From Clostridiales bacterium (lineage in GTDB: Bacteria; Bacillota; Clostridia; Christensenellales; Aristaeellaceae): a DNA stretch of 64,000 bases. Positions 35,376 through 44,680 of the stretch are shown in pieces. The translations under genes were made by a program, and so were the position numbers. The notes beneath the pieces were generated by a model, which was not told the origin of the DNA, did not search any database, and was given only the letters and a program-made list of their open reading frames with translations. Every line of letters starts with the position of its first letter. Position 1 is the first letter of the stretch. Location: the NCBI GenBank assembly GCA_022787165.1, contig JALFVL010000004.1, forward strand, positions 192,425 through 256,424, written 5' to 3'.

Positions 35376-36143
35376 TCATGCCGGTCTCCCCGCGACGACA
35401 ATTCTGCCCATCGGGCTATCCAAAAACGCCGTCTCGATCCCGTAGAGTGAGCGCATCAGCTCCTCGTCCATCACCTTCTCCGGCGCGCCGCTGCGCAGCA
35501 GTCTTCCCCCGGAGAGGGCAATCACGCGATCTGCGTAGCTGAGCGCATGCTGCGGATGGTGGGTTGACATGATCACGGTATATCCGCCATGCGCCAGGTC
35601 ATGAGCCTGCGCCATCACACGGCTCTGATTGCCAAAGTCCAGACTTGCGCAGGGCTCGTCCATCAAAAGCGTCTTCGCCTGCTGCGCCAGCGCGCGGGCG
35701 ACGAGCACGAGCTGGCGTTCGCCGCCGCTCAGATGCAAAAATCCGCGTTTCGCCAGATGCGCAATGCCCAGCCGCTCCATCGCCTCCATAGCGGCTCTGC
35801 GCTGGCGCTTCCCCGGGGAGGAGAATGGCCCCATCTGCCCCGCCGTGCCCATCAGCACCATGTCAAATGCCGGGTAGTTGAAGGTCAGGCTCTGGCTCTG
35901 GGGAATCCATGCGATTCGCCGCGACAGCTCGCGCGCACCATAGCGCCGGATTTCCTTCCCATCAAGCGTCAGGCTGCCCTCATAGCCGGGAAGCAGACCG
36001 AGCATGCAGCGAAAGAGTGTCGTCTTGCCCGCGCCGTTGCTGCCCAGCAGCGCGGTCAATCCTCCCTCCTCAATATCAAAGGAGAGGCCGCAAAGCACCT
36101 TCGACGTGCCATAGGCAAACGAGAGGCTGCGCACGTCGATCAT
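35376..36143 (-). CDS. ABC transporter ATP-binding protein (FecE/BtuD class)
   Basis: GSNGAGKTT, LSGGERQ, LLMDEP. ATGA overlap with the permease gene. Confidence 0.92.
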   Translation of the reverse strand: MIDVRSLSFAYGTSKVLCGLSFDIEEGGLTALLGSNGAGKTTLFRCMLGLLPGYEGSLTLDGKEIRRYGARELSRRIAWIPQSQSLTFNYPAFDMVLMGTAGQMGPFSSPGKRQRRAAMEAMERLGIAHLAKRGFLHLSGGERQLVLVARALAQQAKTLLMDEPCASLDFGNQSRVMAQAHDLAHGGYTVIMSTHHPQHALSYADRVIALSGGRLLRSGAPEKVMDEELMRSLYGIETAFLDSPMGRIVVAGRPA

Positions 36144-37159
36144 TCCTCCGCCTCCTTTCGCGTGATCAGATAGAGGAAAAAAGGCGCGCCGGCAAACGCG
36201 GTCAAAATGCCAATAGGAATCTCCGTAGGCAGCAGATTGCGGCTCACATCATCGGCCAGCAGCAGAAATCCCGCGCCCAGCAGCATCGAGCAGGGAAGCA
36301 GCGCACGGTAATCATTCCCCACAAGCCTGCGCGCCAGATGCGGCACGACGAGGCCAATCCAGCCGATCAGACCGGAAACCGAAACGCTGGCCGCAGTGAT
36401 GAGCGTCGAACAAAGCACCACCGTCAAGCGCAGCCTGCCCGCACTTACGCCCAGCGCCCGGGCTTCGTCATCCCCCAGCGCCAGCAGATTGAGCCGCCAG
36501 CGTAGCAGCAGCAGCGGCAAAAGCCCCAGCGCCATCGGCACAAAGGCAAAGCGAATATTGTCCGTGCCCGCGCCCGAGAGGCTGCCCATGAGCCAATAGG
36601 TGATTTCCGGCAGCTGACTGCTTGGGTCGGCGACAAGCTTGATGTAGGAGGTACCCGCCGAGAAGAGTGAGCTGACCATCACGCCGCCCAAGATCAGCGA
36701 GACGGCCCGCTTCCCCGGCGCGCGCAGGCTGACCAGCATGACAAGCGCCACAGTTAGCAGGCTGAAAAGGAACGCGCTTGCCGTCACCAGGCCCATTTTT
36801 GCGTCCAGTAAAATCGCCAGCGCCGCACCAAAGGCCGCCCCGGAGGAGGCGCCGAGCAGATCGGGCGAAGCCATCGGATTTTGAAAGACGCCCTGATACG
36901 CTGCGCCGGCCGTGGAGAGAGCGCAGCCAACCATGCAGGAGAGCATGACGCGCGGCAGGCGAATACGCACTACAGCCGCCTCCATCGCGCTGCTCCACGT
37001 CTTCTCAACAGAAAAACCAAGTCTGCCAAGCACAATGCGCACAATCTGGTCAAGCGGCACCTGGTAGCGCCCCAGGCAGCAGGAAGCGGCAATAAGCAGC
37101 AGCACGCCTGCCGCCAAAGCGATCATCACGAGGCCAACCGGACGGTGTCTCTGCCGCAA
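36140..37159 (-). CDS. FecCD-family ABC permease
   Basis: Multi-TM protein with GAAYQGVFQNPMASPDLLG and GLIGWIGLVVPHLAR motifs. Preferred start is TTG 37159 (AGGAGGG 9 nt upstream); the track start is GTG 37195. Confidence 0.9.
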   Translation of the reverse strand: MRQRHRPVGLVMIALAAGVLLLIAASCCLGRYQVPLDQIVRIVLGRLGFSVEKTWSSAMEAAVVRIRLPRVMLSCMVGCALSTAGAAYQGVFQNPMASPDLLGASSGAAFGAALAILLDAKMGLVTASAFLFSLLTVALVMLVSLRAPGKRAVSLILGGVMVSSLFSAGTSYIKLVADPSSQLPEITYWLMGSLSGAGTDNIRFAFVPMALGLLPLLLLRWRLNLLALGDDEARALGVSAGRLRLTVVLCSTLITAASVSVSGLIGWIGLVVPHLARRLVGNDYRALLPCSMLLGAGFLLLADDVSRNLLPTEIPIGILTAFAGAPFFLYLITRKEAEE

Positions 37160-37267
37160 AATGGTGTTCCCTCCTGTCTGCGCCGTGCGCAACACCGCCC
37201 GGCTTTGGAGCGGCCTGTAAAGGGCCTCTGCCTGTACCGCTCCTTCCCTGTCTTCTGCTCTGCCCGC

Positions 37268-38101
37268 TTAAAGAAATGGATTAAAAAACCGGTTCCCATC
37301 CCAGAAGGTGATCACCACGCTGAGCACGAGCAGCAGCACGCCCAGCGCCAGCGCGAGATAATCGTTTCGGGCAAACGGCCGCTGCGCATACCAGGTGCGC
37401 TTTTTGTGCTTGCCGAAGCCGCGCAGCTCCATCGCGTTGGAGATCACGTCGATGCGGGCCAGGCTCGACAAAATCAGCGGCAGCAGGATGCCCGCCGCGT
37501 TCTTGAGCCGGGTGAAGAGCGGCTCCTTCTTGCCCAGCTCCACGCCGCGCGCCTGCTGCGCCTGGCTGATGCTGTGGTAATCGCGCTGAATGTCGGGAAT
37601 GTAGCGCAGCGCAATGGACACCGAATAGCCGACGCGGTAGGAGACGCCGATGCTGTTCAGGCTCGCGGCAAACTCGCTCGGATCGGTCGCGGAGATGAAG
37701 AGAATCGCCACCGGCAGCGCGACGAAATACTTGAGCGTGATGTTGAGCAGGTAGAACAGCTCCTCCGCCGTGATCGCAAATCGTCCCGGAAGCGGCAGCA
37801 GCACATGGCGCGTGCCGTAGATCTCCGTGCCCTGATTGGGGTTGAAGACAAACACGAAAAAGTTGTTCAGCAGCAGAAAGACCGCCATGAACACGAGCAT
37901 GAAGCGGATCTCGCCCAGACGGATTCTGCTGGCGCGAAAGGCCAGCAGGCTGACCGCCAGCAGGCCCAGGAGCACGCGCGTGTCATACGTCAGCATGCCG
38001 GCAAACGTAAAGAGCAGGAAAAACGCCAGCTTGGTCGTGCCCGTCAGCTCGTGCACGACGCTCCTTCTGGGCAGATAGTTAAGCACTGTCTTAGCAGCCA
38101 T
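37268..38101 (-). CDS. ecfT: ECF transporter transmembrane (T) component, EcfT/CbiQ family
   Basis: ORF trimmed to ATG 38101. SVSIALRYIP...ISQAQQARG...AMELRGFG coupling-helix motifs. Confidence 0.9.
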   Translation of the reverse strand: MAAKTVLNYLPRRSVVHELTGTTKLAFFLLFTFAGMLTYDTRVLLGLLAVSLLAFRASRIRLGEIRFMLVFMAVFLLLNNFFVFVFNPNQGTEIYGTRHVLLPLPGRFAITAEELFYLLNITLKYFVALPVAILFISATDPSEFAASLNSIGVSYRVGYSVSIALRYIPDIQRDYHSISQAQQARGVELGKKEPLFTRLKNAAGILLPLILSSLARIDVISNAMELRGFGKHKKRTWYAQRPFARNDYLALALGVLLLVLSVVITFWDGNRFFNPFL

Positions 38102-39806
38102 GCGCGCGCACCTCCCTGTCGGCATCGATAAAGCGCTCGGCGAGCGCCTCCGGCGGCACGATGCCGCAGCGGTTGGCCAGGCCGAAGAGGCTCGTCTCCT
38201 TGAGCGCCGCGCGCTCCACGAGCTTTGGGTCACAGAGCACCTGTGACGCGCGCTGATCGGCGATCAGCCTGCCCTCGCTGAAGACGAGCGCGCGGGGCGT
38301 GTATTCAAGCATCAGGTGCATGTCGTGCGTGATCATCGCGACGGTCACGCCGCGGTCATTGAGCGAGCGCAGGAACTCCATGATCTCGGTGTAGTGCCGA
38401 AAGTCCTGCCCCGCGGTCGGCTCATCGAGGATGATCAGCTCCGGCCCCATCACCAGCACGCTGGCGATCGTCACGCGCTTTTTTTGCCCAAAGGAGAGCG
38501 CGGAAACCGGCCAGTTGCGAAACGGGTAGAGCCCGCAGATTCTGAGCGTCTCCTCCACCCGCTCGCGAATCTCCTCTTTTGAATAACCGCGCCGGGAGAT
38601 GCCCAGGGCGACCTCGTCAAAGATCATCGTCTTGGAGATCATCTGGTTGGGATTCTGCATCACATAGCCGATCTTCTCCGCGCGCTCCCGGATGCTTTTT
38701 GCGCCGATATCCTCGCCCTCAAAACGGATCACGCCGCTTTGCGGCGTCTCAAAGCCGCAGATCAACTTGGAAAGGGTCGACTTGCCCGCGCCGTTTCGCC
38801 CGACGATGCTGACCATCTCGCCCCTGTCGATGGAAAAGCTGACGTCCTGAAGCGTCCGGCGCTCGCTGGTGTAGCCGAAGGACAGCCCTTCGACCTCCAG
38901 CAGCGGCCGCTTCTCCGCGTTCTCCTCCCTGACAGGCGCGCGCAGAAACCAGTCGCGCACCTGCTGCGTCTGCGCATCGGAGAGCGTGAGCGTCGAGGCC
39001 TGCGCCGGGCGCATCTGCGGCCTGACCGTGACGCCCGCATAGCGCAGTGCCGTCAGATACAGCGGCTCGCGGATACCGTGCCGCGCGAGCAGGTCACTCG
39101 AGAGCAGCTCGTCGGGATGCATGTCGGCCACGATGCATCCCTCGTCCATGAGCACAATGCGGTCGACGCTGCGCCAGAGAACGTCCTCCAGCCGGTGCTC
39201 GATGATGACGACGGTCGTGCCGGTTCGGCGCTGAATCTCGTCGATGAGCTCAATGGCCTGCTTGCCCGTCTGCGGATCGAGGTTGGCCAGCGGCTCGTCA
39301 AAGAGTAGCACCTTCACCTGATCGACCATCACGCCCGCGATCGAGACGCGCTGCTTCTGCCCGCCGGAAAGCTCGTGCGGCGCAAAGCCGAGATGGGACT
39401 CGACGCCCACAAGCGACGACACGTGCCGGACGGTCTCCTTCATCTCCTCCTGCGCGACACAGTCGTTCTCCAGCGCAAAGGCGATGTCCTCCCCCACCGT
39501 CAGGCCGATGAACTGCCCGTCGGGGTCCTGCAGCACCGTGCCGACATGGTTTGAGAGCGCGAAGATGCCCGCCTTTGGCGCGTCGACGCCGTCGACCCTC
39601 AGCGTGCCCTGCACCTCGCCCGGGAAGCTCGAGGGAATCAGGCCATTGATGCAGCTGCCCAGCGTGCTCTTGCCGCTGCCCGACGGCCCCGCGATCAGAA
39701 CGCGCTCCCCGGGCATGATGTCAAGGTTGATGTCCTTGAGCGTCGGCCGCTTTTGCGCGCGGTATTGGAAGCTGAAATGGGAAAACGAGATGATGGGCTG
39801 CGGCAT
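38091..39806 (-). CDS. Fused duplicated ECF transporter ATPase (EcfA-EcfA')
   Basis: Two full ABC cassettes: GPSGSGKST/LSGGQKQR/LLFDEP and GRNGAGKST/LSFGQKKR/IILDEP. 571 aa. Confidence 0.93.
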   Translation of the reverse strand: MPQPIISFSHFSFQYRAQKRPTLKDINLDIMPGERVLIAGPSGSGKSTLGSCINGLIPSSFPGEVQGTLRVDGVDAPKAGIFALSNHVGTVLQDPDGQFIGLTVGEDIAFALENDCVAQEEMKETVRHVSSLVGVESHLGFAPHELSGGQKQRVSIAGVMVDQVKVLLFDEPLANLDPQTGKQAIELIDEIQRRTGTTVVIIEHRLEDVLWRSVDRIVLMDEGCIVADMHPDELLSSDLLARHGIREPLYLTALRYAGVTVRPQMRPAQASTLTLSDAQTQQVRDWFLRAPVREENAEKRPLLEVEGLSFGYTSERRTLQDVSFSIDRGEMVSIVGRNGAGKSTLSKLICGFETPQSGVIRFEGEDIGAKSIRERAEKIGYVMQNPNQMISKTMIFDEVALGISRRGYSKEEIRERVEETLRICGLYPFRNWPVSALSFGQKKRVTIASVLVMGPELIILDEPTAGQDFRHYTEIMEFLRSLNDRGVTVAMITHDMHLMLEYTPRALVFSEGRLIADQRASQVLCDPKLVERAALKETSLFGLANRCGIVPPEALAERFIDADREVRAHGC

Positions 39807-39887
39807 AGGCGCTCTCCTTCACGGTTGGTCACAGCGGCGCGGAGCCGCCTTCTCTCACCGGCTTTTGGCATCATGTCCAAAGCCCGT

Positions 39888-39924
39888 GAAAAGCGAAAAA
39901 GGGCAGGGAATCCCCCCTGCCCCG
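39888..39924 (-). terminator. Intrinsic terminator/attenuator between the S-component and ATPase genes
   Basis: Minus strand GGGGCAGGGGGG-ATT-CCCTGCCC followed by TTTTTCGCTTTTC. Confidence 0.75.
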
Positions 39925-39931
39925 CGATGCC

Positions 39932-40480
39932 TTACTCCTTGTCCAGGGAACCCTTGCCGGCAATGGTCTTGCTGTATGCAACGCACAGCAGCGCGCCGAT
40001 GATCACGGCGGTCACGGAGTTGGCCACAGCAGCCATTCCGCCCTGCGCGAAGACCTTCGCAGCCGGCTCGGCGTAGATCACGATATCCAGCACGGGCGCG
40101 ATCACGAGCCAGGCGACGACGTTCGCCGCAATGTTGATGATGGCGAAGGTGACGATCTCCTTCTTGCCGAAGGTGCCCTCGGAGAGCGGGATCCTCTTGC
40201 CCAGGAAGCCGACGAACGCGCCCACGGCGGTGGAGGCGAGCACCCAGCTCCACCACGGCGCGCCGCCCCAGGACAGATCGATCAGGGTATGGCCGATGAA
40301 GCCGATCAGCGCGCCCGCGACCGGGCCATACATCGTGGCAAGCATGCCGAGGATGGCATACTGGACGCTGATGTTGGTGTTCGGAATGCCGCTGGGAATC
40401 TGCACAAAGCGGCCCAGGACAAAGAACAGCGCCGCGCCGATGCCCACGGCGACGACATTCTTGATGGAATTGTTCTTCAT
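39932..40480 (-). CDS. ECF transporter substrate-specific (S) component, UPF0397-like
   Basis: 182 aa, ~6 TM. IKNVVAVGIGAALFFVLGRF...GPVAGALIGFIGHTLIDL...SKTIAGKGSLDKE resembles UPF0397 S components found next to fused EcfAA' plus T. Substrate unknown. Confidence 0.8.
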   Translation of the reverse strand: MKNNSIKNVVAVGIGAALFFVLGRFVQIPSGIPNTNISVQYAILGMLATMYGPVAGALIGFIGHTLIDLSWGGAPWWSWVLASTAVGAFVGFLGKRIPLSEGTFGKKEIVTFAIINIAANVVAWLVIAPVLDIVIYAEPAAKVFAQGGMAAVANSVTAVIIGALLCVAYSKTIAGKGSLDKE

Positions 40481-40560
40481 AATGGTCTTCTCCTTTTGTT
40501 TGCTCTATTTTGAGCGGCATCTGCCGCACAAAACGCTTTTGTTCGCTGCAGGGGCAGCGC

Positions 40561-41412
40561 TCACACCCTGCCCGCCGTCTCGGGGATCAGCTCGATCACC
40601 CAGCTGATGCCCGTGCCCACGCCATAGGCCCGCGAAAAGCTGCCCTGGTTGATCGCCACGGCCATGCAGTCGAGGCTGTTGGCATACAGCAACGGCTCGC
40701 CGATGTTGACGTCCGCAAAGCTGCGGGCGTAGACCATCACGGTCTGGTAAAGCACGCGGTCATAGTGGCTGATGCGCACGGTCACGCGGTCCCCATGGCG
40801 GACGCCCAAGCTGATGAACAGCTCGCGCGGGATGTTCGTCCAGAGCGAGCCAAAGCGCACATCCAGCACGTCGATTGTGCCGCTGACGCGCCCATCCTGC
40901 GCCCTGGGCTTCACGACCGGCAGGGAGACGAGGCTCTCCACGGGGATTTCCGGGCCGATCTCCTCGAAGCGGATGCAGCCGCTGGCCAGTCTCGCGCCGG
41001 TGTAGGCGTAGATATCGCGACCATGAAAGGTGTAGCTCTCCCCCGAATTAGGCAGACGGTTGACCGTCTCATCGATCTCCCGCGCCTGCGCCACGGCGCC
41101 ATGCTGCATCAGATGGGTCAGCGTGCCGTTGTCCGGCGAGATCAGCACCTGTCCGCCCGTCATGCGCACGGCGACGCTGCGTCGCGTCGAGCCCACGCCG
41201 GGATCGACGACGCTGACAAACACGCTGCCCGCCGGCCAGTAGCCAATCGTCTGAATCAGGCGGTTGCTGGCCTCCCAGATGTCGTAGGGCGGGATGTCGT
41301 GCGTCAGGTCGTAGATGCGCAGCTCGCTGCACACGCTGACCGCCACACCGACCATCGCGCTGACCGCGCCGTCCGCGTAGCCAAAGTCCGACTGAAGAAT
41401 CAAAGCGTTCAT
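40561..41412 (-). CDS. SAM hydrolase / SAM hydroxide adenosyltransferase family protein (DUF62)
   Basis: ORF trimmed to ATG 41412. LILQSDFGYADGAVSAMVGV...VSVVDPGVGS.RR...SPDNG...TFHGRDI motifs of the DUF62/fluorinase-chlorinase superfamily. Confidence 0.87.
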   Translation of the reverse strand: MNALILQSDFGYADGAVSAMVGVAVSVCSELRIYDLTHDIPPYDIWEASNRLIQTIGYWPAGSVFVSVVDPGVGSTRRSVAVRMTGGQVLISPDNGTLTHLMQHGAVAQAREIDETVNRLPNSGESYTFHGRDIYAYTGARLASGCIRFEEIGPEIPVESLVSLPVVKPRAQDGRVSGTIDVLDVRFGSLWTNIPRELFISLGVRHGDRVTVRISHYDRVLYQTVMVYARSFADVNIGEPLLYANSLDCMAVAINQGSFSRAYGVGTGISWVIELIPETAGRV

Positions 41413-41467
41413 TCCCGTCCGCCTCCCCACGGCCCAGGCAGCCGTTCATGCTCAGGATACATAGCCA

Positions 41468-41496
41468 AGTATAAGAGGTTTCCCCCGCTCTGTCAA
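41468..41496 (-). promoter_or_regulatory. sigma-A-type promoter of the DUF62-ECF array
   Basis: Minus strand TTGACA, 17 nt spacer, TATACT. Leader is only ~45 nt. Confidence 0.65.
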
Positions 41497-41612
41497 GAGG
41501 ACGGCTCCAGTTCGTCCGCTTTCAGCAGGGAGCTGCCCTGCCTTTGCACGGCCAGCCGGACAGCCAGTCCCTCGCGTTCTCCCCGGCCTCCTCTTTGCTC
41601 CGGGAAGCACCC

Positions 41613-41646
41613 AAAAAGGGCGGCGAAGCCTCCGCTCCGCCGCCCC
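41613..41646 (-). terminator. Intrinsic terminator after the aminotransferase gene
   Basis: Minus strand GGGCGGCG-12 nt loop-CGCCGCCC followed by TTTTTGGG. Confidence 0.75.
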
Positions 41647-41691
41647 ACTGGTTGACTCCGATTGATCAGGCGCTCCCTTTTCTTCGCTCTC

Positions 41692-42912
41692 TCAGCATGC
41701 CCCGCGCCCGGTCAGCGAAGCGACGAAGCGCTCGATACGGTCGATGCCCCTGTCAATGTTCTCCATCGAGGTGGCATAGCTCATGCGGCAGTAACCCTCC
41801 GTGCAAAAAGCCTTGCCCGGCACGACCGCCACATCCGCATGCTCCAGCAGCTGCGCGGCGAAGGTCATCGAATCGGCAATCTCGACGTCGCCGTCGCGAA
41901 GCCCGAACAGGCCGCTGACATCCATCATCGCGTAGAACGCGCCCTTGGGCATCATGCAGTGGATGCCGGGAATGGCGTTGAGTCGTTCCACGATATGCCT
42001 GCGGCGCGCGTCGTAAGCCTGTCGCATCGTCTCAATCTCTTTCTCTCCCTCCGGTGCGGTCAGCGCGCGGACGGATGCATACTGCGCAATTGAGTTGCTG
42101 CCGCTGGCGATCTGGCTCTGCAGGCTGCTCATGGCCTTGGCGACCGCAAGCGGAGCGGCCGTGTAGCCGATGCGCCAGCCAGTCATCGCATACGCCTTGG
42201 ACATGCCGTTGATCGTGATGGTCTGGCTGTAAATTGCCTCGCCCAGCGACGCGATGGAGACATGCTCCTCGCCGTCATAGATCAGCTTTTCGTAAATCTC
42301 GTCAGAGATGACATAGAAGCCCTTCTCAACCGCCAGTGCGGCGATCTCCGTCAGCTGCGCGCGGTTCCAGACACAGCCATTGGGATTGTTGGGCGTGTTG
42401 AGCACGAGCGCCTTCGTGCGCTCCGTCACATAAGGCGCCAGGTCGCAGGCCTCAGTCACGAAGCCCTTCTCAGGCTTGCCCTGCACGAAGACCGGCACGC
42501 CGCCCGCAATGCGGACCATTTCAGGGTAGGACACCCAGCAGGGCGTGGGAATCAGCACCTCGTCGCCCGGGTTGAGAATCGCGCTGAACGCCTCGAAGAG
42601 CGAGGATTTCGCTCCGTTGGAGACGACCACCTGAGCGGGCGTATAGGTCAGCCCGTTGTCGCGCAGGAGCTTGTCGCAGATGGCGCGGCGAAGCTCCATC
42701 GTGCCGCTGGCCGGCGTATACTTGGTCACGCCCTTGTCAAGCGCCTCGTGCGCAGCATCGCGGATGTAGGCAGGCGTCACAAAATCCGGCTCGCCCGCGC
42801 AAAACGAGATGACGTCGCGCCCCTGCGCGCGCATCTCCTTGGCTTTGGCATCAATAGCAAGCGTGGGCGACGGGGAAATCGCGCTGCACACGCGGGAAAT
42901 CTCTAACGACAC
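41692..42912 (-). CDS. PLP-dependent class I aminotransferase (aspartate aminotransferase-like)
   Basis: Start reassigned to GTG 42912 (AAGGAGG 7 nt upstream; track start 42987). ISPSPTLAIDAKAKEMRAQGRDVISFCAGEPDF, NPNG, SKAYAMTGWRIGY (PLP lysine). Confidence 0.92.
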   Translation of the reverse strand: MSLEISRVCSAISPSPTLAIDAKAKEMRAQGRDVISFCAGEPDFVTPAYIRDAAHEALDKGVTKYTPASGTMELRRAICDKLLRDNGLTYTPAQVVVSNGAKSSLFEAFSAILNPGDEVLIPTPCWVSYPEMVRIAGGVPVFVQGKPEKGFVTEACDLAPYVTERTKALVLNTPNNPNGCVWNRAQLTEIAALAVEKGFYVISDEIYEKLIYDGEEHVSIASLGEAIYSQTITINGMSKAYAMTGWRIGYTAAPLAVAKAMSSLQSQIASGSNSIAQYASVRALTAPEGEKEIETMRQAYDARRRHIVERLNAIPGIHCMMPKGAFYAMMDVSGLFGLRDGDVEIADSMTFAAQLLEHADVAVVPGKAFCTEGYCRMSYATSMENIDRGIDRIERFVASLTGRGAC

Positions 42913-42958
42913 GCTGGATTCCTCCTTTGAGCTTTCAGAGAAAATGAATTCACGGGAT

Positions 42959-42987
42959 ATTATACGACCGTTTTTCTTTTCTTGCAA
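42959..42987 (-). promoter_or_regulatory. sigma-A-type promoter of the aminotransferase gene
   Basis: Minus strand TTGCAA, 17 nt spacer, TATAAT. Confidence 0.65.
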
Positions 42988-43257
42988 TCGACATTATGCC
43001 CTTTTTTTCAGCTTTTGTCTATCCAATTTGCACGGCTTTCTTCTCATTCCTGCAAATTTCGTTTTCAACCGCTGTTCACGGACCGTTTGCCGGCCCTGGC
43101 GCCCGATGGCATTTCCCTTGACAGGATAAAGTATTCTCTGCGCGGCCACAGCCTGCTTCAGGCGGCGCACGCGCGCTTCGCCCCGTTTTCCCTTCCCCCT
43201 TCAGGATGAATCGTCACCCGCTTTGGCCCTTTCGGAAAACTCTTTCTGATAAAACTC

Positions 43258-43286
43258 TTGCCAGATCGTGCATTTTGCGTTATGAT
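43258..43286 (+). promoter_or_regulatory. sigma-A-type promoter of the DUF3048 gene
   Basis: TTGCCA, 17 nt spacer, TATGAT. Confidence 0.55.
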
Positions 43287-43355
43287 AGCTTTGCATGGTG
43301 TAATCAGTATGTGATTATGCTTTCAACAACAGAGATCAACTTGGAGGTGTTTCTA

Positions 43356-44663
43356 TTGCATCACATTGCCAGATGGTTGCTGGCCGCGGCGATGATCCTC
43401 ACGCTGACGTGCGGCACCGCTCTTGCGGAGGATTCCTACTATCTCGAGCTTCCTTCCAAGGGTATCAGCTCCTCGAAGAACATCACCGTCAACGTTCCCG
43501 CCGAGAACGAGGCGACCGAGGGCATCAACCCGCTGACCGGCGAAACCTGGTACGGCCGCTACACGCCGATCCTCGTCACCATCGACGCTCATCCCGATGC
43601 GCTGCCGCACTGGGGCGTCTCTTCTGCCGACATCATGTATGAAATGCCTGTTCAGGCAGACGGCTCCACCCGCAGCGTTGCCCTCTTCATGGGGGATATC
43701 CCGTCCTACGCGGGCCCCGTCCGCTCCGGCCGCGTTCCGTTTGCTTCTCTGCGCGAGATCTGGGGCGGCGCCTGGGTCTTCTATGGTGAGCAGAACTGGG
43801 CCGGCAATGCCACGAACCTCGTTGTCGATGTCAGCGACTGGGCGCTCAATCTGCACAGCGACGCCCGCGTTAAGGGCCGCTGGGTCTTCCCGTTCATCGC
43901 CGGTCATGAGGCGAACTATCAATCCCTCTTCCACCGCGAGCATGACGGAAACCATGTTGCTCCGCACGATGTGCAGATCGACATGAAGGCCGTGCAGGCG
44001 CTCTTCACCGAGGAGCCCGCGATGCATCCGTTCCTCTTCACGCAGACGGGCCTTGACCGCGGTATCGACGTTTCCAGCATCACCATCGAGTACAAGACCA
44101 CCAATCCCGCCTACGTTTCCACCTATTACTATGACGAGATCACGGGCCTTTACACCCGCTTCCGCAATGGCGAGCCGTATTACGACGCGCTCACCGGCGC
44201 GAATACCACCTACGCCAACGTGATCGTCCTGCGCACGGATGTCAGCTGGTACAACGGTGCCGTTCAGCGCCCGGTCATCCAGCTCGTCGGCCAGGGCACC
44301 TGCGAAATTTTCCAGAACGGCAAGTATATCCGCGGCACCTGGGTGCGCACGGATGATCCCAAGCAGGCGGATGACTTCGACTCCCTCTCCAGCCGTATGA
44401 TCTTCCTGGACGAGAATGGCGAAGAGCTGCCCATGAAGGTCGGCAAGACCTTCATCCAGATCGTCAACAACGATCAGCCGGTCATCGTCTCCGCCGGCGA
44501 GGCTGTCGAGGGCGCAACTGCGCAGGCCACGCCCGAACCAACCCCGACCCCGAAGCCGACCCGCACCCCGAAGCCGACCCGCACCCCGAAGGCCGGCAGC
44601 GCCACCCCGGCGCCCGTCGTTGAGGATGCCACTGAGAATGAGGATATTTCCTTCGGCGGCTGA
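43356..44663 (+). CDS. Secreted DUF3048 (YerB-like) protein with Pro/Thr-rich C-terminal linker
   Basis: Start set to TTG 43356 (GGAGGTG 6 nt upstream; track start 43206). Signal sequence HHIARWLLAAAMILTLTCGTALA. Core HPDALPHWGVSSADIMYEMPVQADGSTR...GPVRSGR. Confidence 0.8.
   Translation: MHHIARWLLAAAMILTLTCGTALAEDSYYLELPSKGISSSKNITVNVPAENEATEGINPLTGETWYGRYTPILVTIDAHPDALPHWGVSSADIMYEMPVQADGSTRSVALFMGDIPSYAGPVRSGRVPFASLREIWGGAWVFYGEQNWAGNATNLVVDVSDWALNLHSDARVKGRWVFPFIAGHEANYQSLFHREHDGNHVAPHDVQIDMKAVQALFTEEPAMHPFLFTQTGLDRGIDVSSITIEYKTTNPAYVSTYYYDEITGLYTRFRNGEPYYDALTGANTTYANVIVLRTDVSWYNGAVQRPVIQLVGQGTCEIFQNGKYIRGTWVRTDDPKQADDFDSLSSRMIFLDENGEELPMKVGKTFIQIVNNDQPVIVSAGEAVEGATAQATPEPTPTPKPTRTPKPTRTPKAGSATPAPVVEDATENEDISFGG
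44550..44592 (+). repeat. 18-bp tandem repeat (about 2.4 copies) encoding the PKPTRT linker
   Basis: CCGAAGCCGACCCGCACC at 44550-44567 and 44568-44585, then the partial CCGAAGG. Confidence 0.9.
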
Positions 44664-44680
44664 TTTCTTCTTCCACGCCA

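Noticed and set aside
35243-37267. Cobalamin or other riboswitch controlling the FecBCD-type importer
   Set aside because: The available gaps (133 nt and ~108 nt) are too short for a cobalamin aptamer plus platform. They also lack a B12-box-like motif.
43119-43140. TTGACA hexamer as an extra promoter in the aminotransferase/DUF3048 divergent region
   Set aside because: No acceptable -10 element lies at 16-19 nt spacing. Better promoters for both genes were found elsewhere in the gap.
44550-44592. CRISPR-like direct repeats
   Set aside because: This is only 2.4 head-to-tail copies of 18 bp with no spacers, lying inside a coding region. It is a coding tandem repeat.
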